Position numbers and translations under genes: made by a program. The notes below the pieces were generated by a model. That model searched no databases. It had not been told where the DNA came from and saw nothing but the letters and a program-made list of their open reading frames with translations. Positions 59,341 through 64,000 of a stretch of 64,000 nucleotides of DNA are shown here, piece by piece. The stretch lies in the sequence record SRR31156797_535; one strand, written 5' to 3'. The first letter of the stretch is position 1. Every line of letters begins with the position of its first letter.

Positions 59341-61761
59341 ATGAAATTTAACATTAAAACCAAGATTTTTGGTGTAGCATTCTTCGGTGTAATGCTGATT
59401 ACTTTATTTAACTCATTTCTTGATTACAAAAATTTCAAGAAAGATCTGGCACTTAGCACCTACAAAACATTTTCGCAGGCGGAGGAGAATCTGCAGAATG
59501 TACTCGATAGTGCTTTCAAAAACCTGTCACTAACGGTTTATACTATCGCTTCTGATCCTGAGGTGACTAAACTTTTCGCAAACAAAGACAGGAAGGGGCT
59601 CGAAAACGCCCTGCTCCCTTACTATAAAACTGTCAAAAAACCGTACGGCATAGCTCAGTTTCAGTTCCACACACCTCCTGCAACGAGCTTTTTAAGGCTG
59701 CATAAGCCATCAAAATTTGGTGACGACCTCTCTGGTTTCCGTGCAACAGTCATCGAAACTAATAAAGTCAAAAAGCCTATCACAGGGCTTGAGGTAGGGC
59801 GAGGTGGTCCTGGTTTGCGTGTTGTTTACCCTGTATCACACAACGGCGCCCATGTGGGTAGCGTAGAGTTCGGCGGTTCTATAAAGAGCATAGTAAAACA
59901 GACCGCAGGGCTTTATAACCTGCAATACTCCATAGGTATATACGAAGACGTATTTAAGAAGGCTAGGCGTTTCGACTCTAAACCTACTGATGTTGTCGTT
60001 GACGGCACAGTTTTCTACCTTCACTCCTCTGACGCCATGCCCAGCTTCCTCAAAGAGAAAGAGAGCGAAGTTTCATACGAAGGTGACACCCACGAGATAT
60101 ATTATGTAGACCTTAAAGATTTTACCGGCACAGTTGTAGGCAAGCTTTGCCTTGTGATGAATGTTCAGGAATTTATCAATTCTGAATGGAAAGCTCTCTC
60201 TGTAAAGCTGATCACTAATATAATACTCGCTGTATTGCTCTCAGCTATACTCTTTATAATAATCAAGCTTGTCCTTAAACCGCTTTCTGATTTCGTTGAA
60301 ATAGCGAAGGAGCTCGCAAGCGGTAAAGGTGACCTCTCCAAGTCAGTTCCGATAAAGCTTCCTGACGCTAAAAAGATCATTAAAGGCAACGAATCAGCTT
60401 TCAGCAAACATGCCTTATCGACACCCTGTTGGTACTATATGGGTGATTATGGTGACAAGTCATGCCCTAACATGAACAGTGCCGGCGAATGCATAAACTG
60501 CCCTGTTTTTAAGGCGGCTGATTCTGATGAAATAGCTGAAATGTCTATTTTCGTGAATATATTCCTCAGAAATATCGAGAAGGACTTCCTTCAGACCTTA
60601 TATACTCTATCAAAAGCTAGTGAATCCACTGTGCCTATCTCAAGCGGTATCGTAAATGTAACCAATAAGAGTGACGAAAACGTTATGCTCTCAACACAGG
60701 TTGCTACTGCGAGCGAGGAGATGAGCAGCACCATCACTGAGATAGCTCAGAACAGTACCGAATCAGCACATAAAGCAGAAAATACTGTCGCACTCGCAGA
60801 AGAGGGAGGGCAGGCAGTTAGAAACGCAGCCGAGCTTTCAAACGAAGCGACCTCTGTTCTCAACTCACTTAAAAAAGAGATAGAGGGGCTTAAGTCAAAT
60901 GCTGAACAGATAGGTCAGGTAATTAATGTTATTGATGACATATCTGATCAGACAAACCTGCTCGCTCTTAATGCTGCTATCGAAGCGGCGAGAGCCGGCG
61001 AGCACGGTCGTGGTTTTGCTGTGGTTGCTGATGAGGTTCGTAAGCTTGCAGAAAAAACCCAGACATCCACCAAAGAGATCGAAGGGATGATTCACCGTAT
61101 CCAGACTGATGTTAACCACGTTATCACTTCCACAGACACAGTTGCGACATCTGTTGACAAACAGGCTGAGGTTGCAGGCGGGCTTTCAGAAAATTTTGAC
61201 AATATCGTAATTTCTATAAGGGAGCTCAGCGACCTTGTAGTAGGCATATCTGCCGCTGTTGAGGAGCAATCCACCGCAACAGGCGAAATCGCCCACAGCG
61301 TTGAAAATGTTGCTTCGCTTTCAGGCGAATCGAAAGATGTGGTAAATTCATTTGTTTCCGAAATAGATAGCCTGCTTGAAAATATGGAAGCACTCTCAAC
61401 TATGTTCTCAAGATTCCAGCTCAGCAGTAAGGGACCTATCTTTGCCAAAGGTAAGCTTGAGTATCTCGGGCTTACTAAGCAGGTATTCGACTGTTATCTC
61501 TCCGGTAGGTGCACTTCCGGATTCCCATCATTAAGCTCAACAGAGTTCGGAAGGTATATGAGCTCAGGTTTCAATAGTGACTTCCCTGGTGAATCCGCAG
61601 ATAGACTTAACTCAGCACTCGGTCACTTCCACGACTCATGCTCTGTATCTATTAATAGAGTTAAGGACGGTGTTGCGGACGGTTCATCACTTGGCGCTGT
61701 TGTTGATAGTGTTAGAGAGCTTAGTTCGCTCTTTGATCAGCTAATGGAGAAATATAGATAA
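59341..61761 (+). CDS. Methyl-accepting chemotaxis protein (Cache sensor, Cys-rich insert, degenerate CZB-like tail)
   Basis: [13 protein letters not shown] Cache motif, two TM helices, and [34 protein letters not shown]. Confidence 0.93.
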   Translation: MKFNIKTKIFGVAFFGVMLITLFNSFLDYKNFKKDLALSTYKTFSQAEENLQNVLDSAFKNLSLTVYTIASDPEVTKLFANKDRKGLENALLPYYKTVKKPYGIAQFQFHTPPATSFLRLHKPSKFGDDLSGFRATVIETNKVKKPITGLEVGRGGPGLRVVYPVSHNGAHVGSVEFGGSIKSIVKQTAGLYNLQYSIGIYEDVFKKARRFDSKPTDVVVDGTVFYLHSSDAMPSFLKEKESEVSYEGDTHEIYYVDLKDFTGTVVGKLCLVMNVQEFINSEWKALSVKLITNIILAVLLSAILFIIIKLVLKPLSDFVEIAKELASGKGDLSKSVPIKLPDAKKIIKGNESAFSKHALSTPCWYYMGDYGDKSCPNMNSAGECINCPVFKAADSDEIAEMSIFVNIFLRNIEKDFLQTLYTLSKASESTVPISSGIVNVTNKSDENVMLSTQVATASEEMSSTITEIAQNSTESAHKAENTVALAEEGGQAVRNAAELSNEATSVLNSLKKEIEGLKSNAEQIGQVINVIDDISDQTNLLALNAAIEAARAGEHGRGFAVVADEVRKLAEKTQTSTKEIEGMIHRIQTDVNHVITSTDTVATSVDKQAEVAGGLSENFDNIVISIRELSDLVVGISAAVEEQSTATGEIAHSVENVASLSGESKDVVNSFVSEIDSLLENMEALSTMFSRFQLSSKGPIFAKGKLEYLGLTKQVFDCYLSGRCTSGFPSLSSTEFGRYMSSGFNSDFPGESADRLNSALGHFHDSCSVSINRVKDGVADGSSLGAVVDSVRELSSLFDQLMEKYR

Positions 61762-61789
61762 GGCTCACCCGGGTCAATTGTAAATACTC

Positions 61790-61823
61790 AATCCCCTGAG
61801 TTTATGTGCTTGGGGGATTTTTT
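61790..61823. terminator. Intrinsic terminator between convergent genes
   Basis: AATCCCCTGAG-tttatgtg-CTTGGGGGATT followed by a T run. Confidence 0.65.
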
Positions 61824-62529
61824 ATATCCCAGACGGAATATAGCTCTCTTCCCAGCGGTTGCCTTCTCTCTCCCATGGGCATTTGACAGATTTACCCTCA
61901 CTATAAAATATAACCTTATTGGCTATCCTGTCTCTATGTCTGTAAAGGAATCTCAGCTCTGATGATGTTATCCCGTATCCATACTTTTCAGCTTTGTTCA
62001 TAACAGCCTCAATATCTATCCCATCCAGAGCAAAATGCAGAACCGGACTTCGCCCATCAACTTTAAATCCTTTTATAATCAAGTCTTTAAGACCAAGCTT
62101 ACACCCTCTTTTAAAGGCGAGCATATCATCAGGTTCACCCTCATTTGCCCTGCTTTTTAGCCTGTGCCCATTTCTTATATCTTCTAACGCTTTATCGATT
62201 CTGTAAGCTTCATCATTAAGAAAACTCTCTGCATGAAACCTGAGATGCTGCTCAAAGGCATTCCTTATACTAATGTCAGCTTTTACTATTATCTTCTCTA
62301 TTTCATCGAACTCCTGCTCTTTGTACTCGATAAAGTCTCTGTCATCAACCTGATAGTATTTTCTTAAGAGAGCGAGCAGGAAATCATTATAGGTGTTCAT
62401 CGTCACGGTCAGCATCTCTTCTATACGCAGGAGCGAAAGATATTTCTGTCTCTTTGGCTTTTCAAGACCGTAGACAAGATCACCTCTCCCCGCATCAATT
62501 AGTGCTGTAAAGTCTTTGCCGTAGCACAT
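61822..62529 (-). CDS. Putative NADase/ADP-ribosyl-cyclase-like toxin domain protein
   Basis: AFKRGCKLGL...LHFALDG...GITSSELRFLYR...VIFY...PWE motif series; start moved to ATG 62529, just after the upstream stop codon. Confidence 0.55.
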   Translation of the reverse strand: MCYGKDFTALIDAGRGDLVYGLEKPKRQKYLSLLRIEEMLTVTMNTYNDFLLALLRKYYQVDDRDFIEYKEQEFDEIEKIIVKADISIRNAFEQHLRFHAESFLNDEAYRIDKALEDIRNGHRLKSRANEGEPDDMLAFKRGCKLGLKDLIIKGFKVDGRSPVLHFALDGIDIEAVMNKAEKYGYGITSSELRFLYRHRDRIANKVIFYSEGKSVKCPWEREGNRWEESYIPSGI

Positions 62530-62533
62530 TTCA

Positions 62534-63577
62534 TCACCCGTGTTTACATAGTATCTTATTAACATCTATTCCGTGGATACCAACCATAAATGAGCCGGGA
62601 CCGTGGAAATGTATAAAGTCAGCCTCTATCTTTCTGAAATGAACATCCAGTGAGGATAATAAGCCAAGAGACACTTCGAACCTTTTAACCAAACTGCCAA
62701 GACCTAGAATTTCGCAGGCAAAATCCAGTTTTAGAGCGTGCAAAGCCGGTTTGAGTGTTTTCATAGCGAGCTTCATCAGCTTATCAAAACCGGGGATGTG
62801 AGATGTTGCGCTCAGCAGTTTTCGTATTTTAATCTTTATAGTATCAATAATCAGATGAATCTTAATGCTCTTATTCAACAGCTTATCGAGAAACTTAAGC
62901 GGCGAGAGAATAAGCTCCAGCTCGTCATTAAGCTTAATTACATCCATCGAAACTTTTTTGATAAAGTGAAGCTCTTTTGTGAGAGCGCCTATTGATGTCA
63001 AAACTTCGTGCATTATCTTAATCATCGTGTGCAAAACCTTCATAGGTATTTCGATAACTGAGTTTATCAGCCCGCAGAATATATTAAGCGCAACTTCGTC
63101 AACTGTGCGATATATACTTTTATCAGCTGTGTTCAAGGATTTGTGCATACTTTTAAGCTTACACTCCTCCCCCTCTGTAAATGATTTCGCTTCATCAACC
63201 CAGCCCTGCGCTTTTTTAAGAAAACTTTTGACTGCTTTTAGCCGACCCCTGAAAGGCTTGATGCTCCTGTTTATCTCTGACACCTGAACATGCACCTGAT
63301 GAACAGGTATCCTGACATCATCAACTACACCCTTCGCCTCTGCCGCCTCCGCTGAAACTGGCGGGACGAGAATTGCACCTGTTAAAAGCTCTGAAATAAG
63401 CGTTAGCGTGTTGTCGTAAGTCCGAAGGTCTTTATCAAGGCGATCAGGAATCTCTAACAGCTCAATAACGTCACCAAGAAGGTGTTCGGTCTTTTTAATG
63501 TCAGCCTCCAGCTCACCAAAATCTCTGACAAGGACACCGTAATTATTTTCAAGGAGAGTTATCTGCCCCTCTGACAT
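62534..63577 (-). CDS. Hypothetical all-helical amphipathic protein
   Basis: 347-aa ORF with heptad periodicity and a hydrophobic stretch (LTLISELLTGAILVPPV); no enzyme motif recognised. Confidence 0.7.
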   Translation of the reverse strand: MSEGQITLLENNYGVLVRDFGELEADIKKTEHLLGDVIELLEIPDRLDKDLRTYDNTLTLISELLTGAILVPPVSAEAAEAKGVVDDVRIPVHQVHVQVSEINRSIKPFRGRLKAVKSFLKKAQGWVDEAKSFTEGEECKLKSMHKSLNTADKSIYRTVDEVALNIFCGLINSVIEIPMKVLHTMIKIMHEVLTSIGALTKELHFIKKVSMDVIKLNDELELILSPLKFLDKLLNKSIKIHLIIDTIKIKIRKLLSATSHIPGFDKLMKLAMKTLKPALHALKLDFACEILGLGSLVKRFEVSLGLLSSLDVHFRKIEADFIHFHGPGSFMVGIHGIDVNKILCKHG

Positions 63578-64000
63578 TTAGATAAGCTCCTTTGCGATCG
63601 TCTGAGCTTTTTTGAGGTCTCTGGCACTAAGTTTATAAGTGGTTTTGATACTGGCGATAACCTTCCTAGCCCTCTTATCACCGTTATTCCCAGCGCAAAT
63701 AGCCCATGCGAAACCGAGAACAGGGTCAGCCTTAGAAAGCCCCTGACCTGTACAGCATATCAGAGCGTAGTCAAGCTGGGCGTTAACAACTCCATCCATA
63801 GCTGAATCACTCATATATTCTGCCGCTTTATGAAAATCCCTGCTGATATTGACACCGCTGTAATACTCTTTTGCTGTCAGATATTTTGCTATGCGGTGTC
63901 CGCCGTCTGCCGCTTTTTCAAGCCACCTGACAGCCTCAGCTCTGTCTTTATCTGTCCCAACACCGTTAAAGTAACAAACCCCGACGTTATACATCGCCTG
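63578..64000 (-). CDS. Sel1-repeat protein (5' end beyond the window)
   Basis: AMYNVGVCYFNGVGTDKDRAEAVRWLEKAADGG and further SLR repeats; the frame stays open to the window edge. Confidence 0.9.
   Translation of the reverse strand, partial: QAMYNVGVCYFNGVGTDKDRAEAVRWLEKAADGGHRIAKYLTAKEYYSGVNISRDFHKAAEYMSDSAMDGVVNAQLDYALICCTGQGLSKADPVLGFAWAICAGNNGDKRARKVIASIKTTYKLSARDLKKAQTIAKELI

Overview
Gene-dense chromosomal segment (about 43% GC by eye) from an anaerobic Gram-negative bacterium. Gene content and the ispH-rpsA fusion suggest Deferribacterota (Denitrovibrio-like); this is an inference. It is mostly housekeeping: an OlsB/OlsA-like lipid acyltransferase pair, fur/feoA/lnt/tatA/truA, the pheA-hisC-aroF-tyrA-aroA-cmk-ispH/rpsA operon, LPS heptosyltransferases, tkt/gpmI/gap/pgk, the ccsA-hemACDB haem operon, fabI-radA-ruvB and several sensors (GGDEF, HK, MCP). 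No tRNA, rRNA, CRISPR array or transposase was found. The best candidates for something undescribed are: (1) a ~300-nt ORF-free minus-strand locus (22223-22525) built from ~23 degenerate hexamers and ending in a strand-specific hairpin, a candidate protein-sponging sRNA; (2) a three-gene unit at the right edge (Sel1 protein, amphipathic helical protein, and a small protein with CD38/ADP-ribosyl-cyclase-like NADase toxin motifs); (3) 62-bp bipartite inverted repeats bracketing a DUF2156 gene; and (4) a recurrent leaderless-mRNA promoter architecture. All product calls come from motif recognition by eye, not from database searches.
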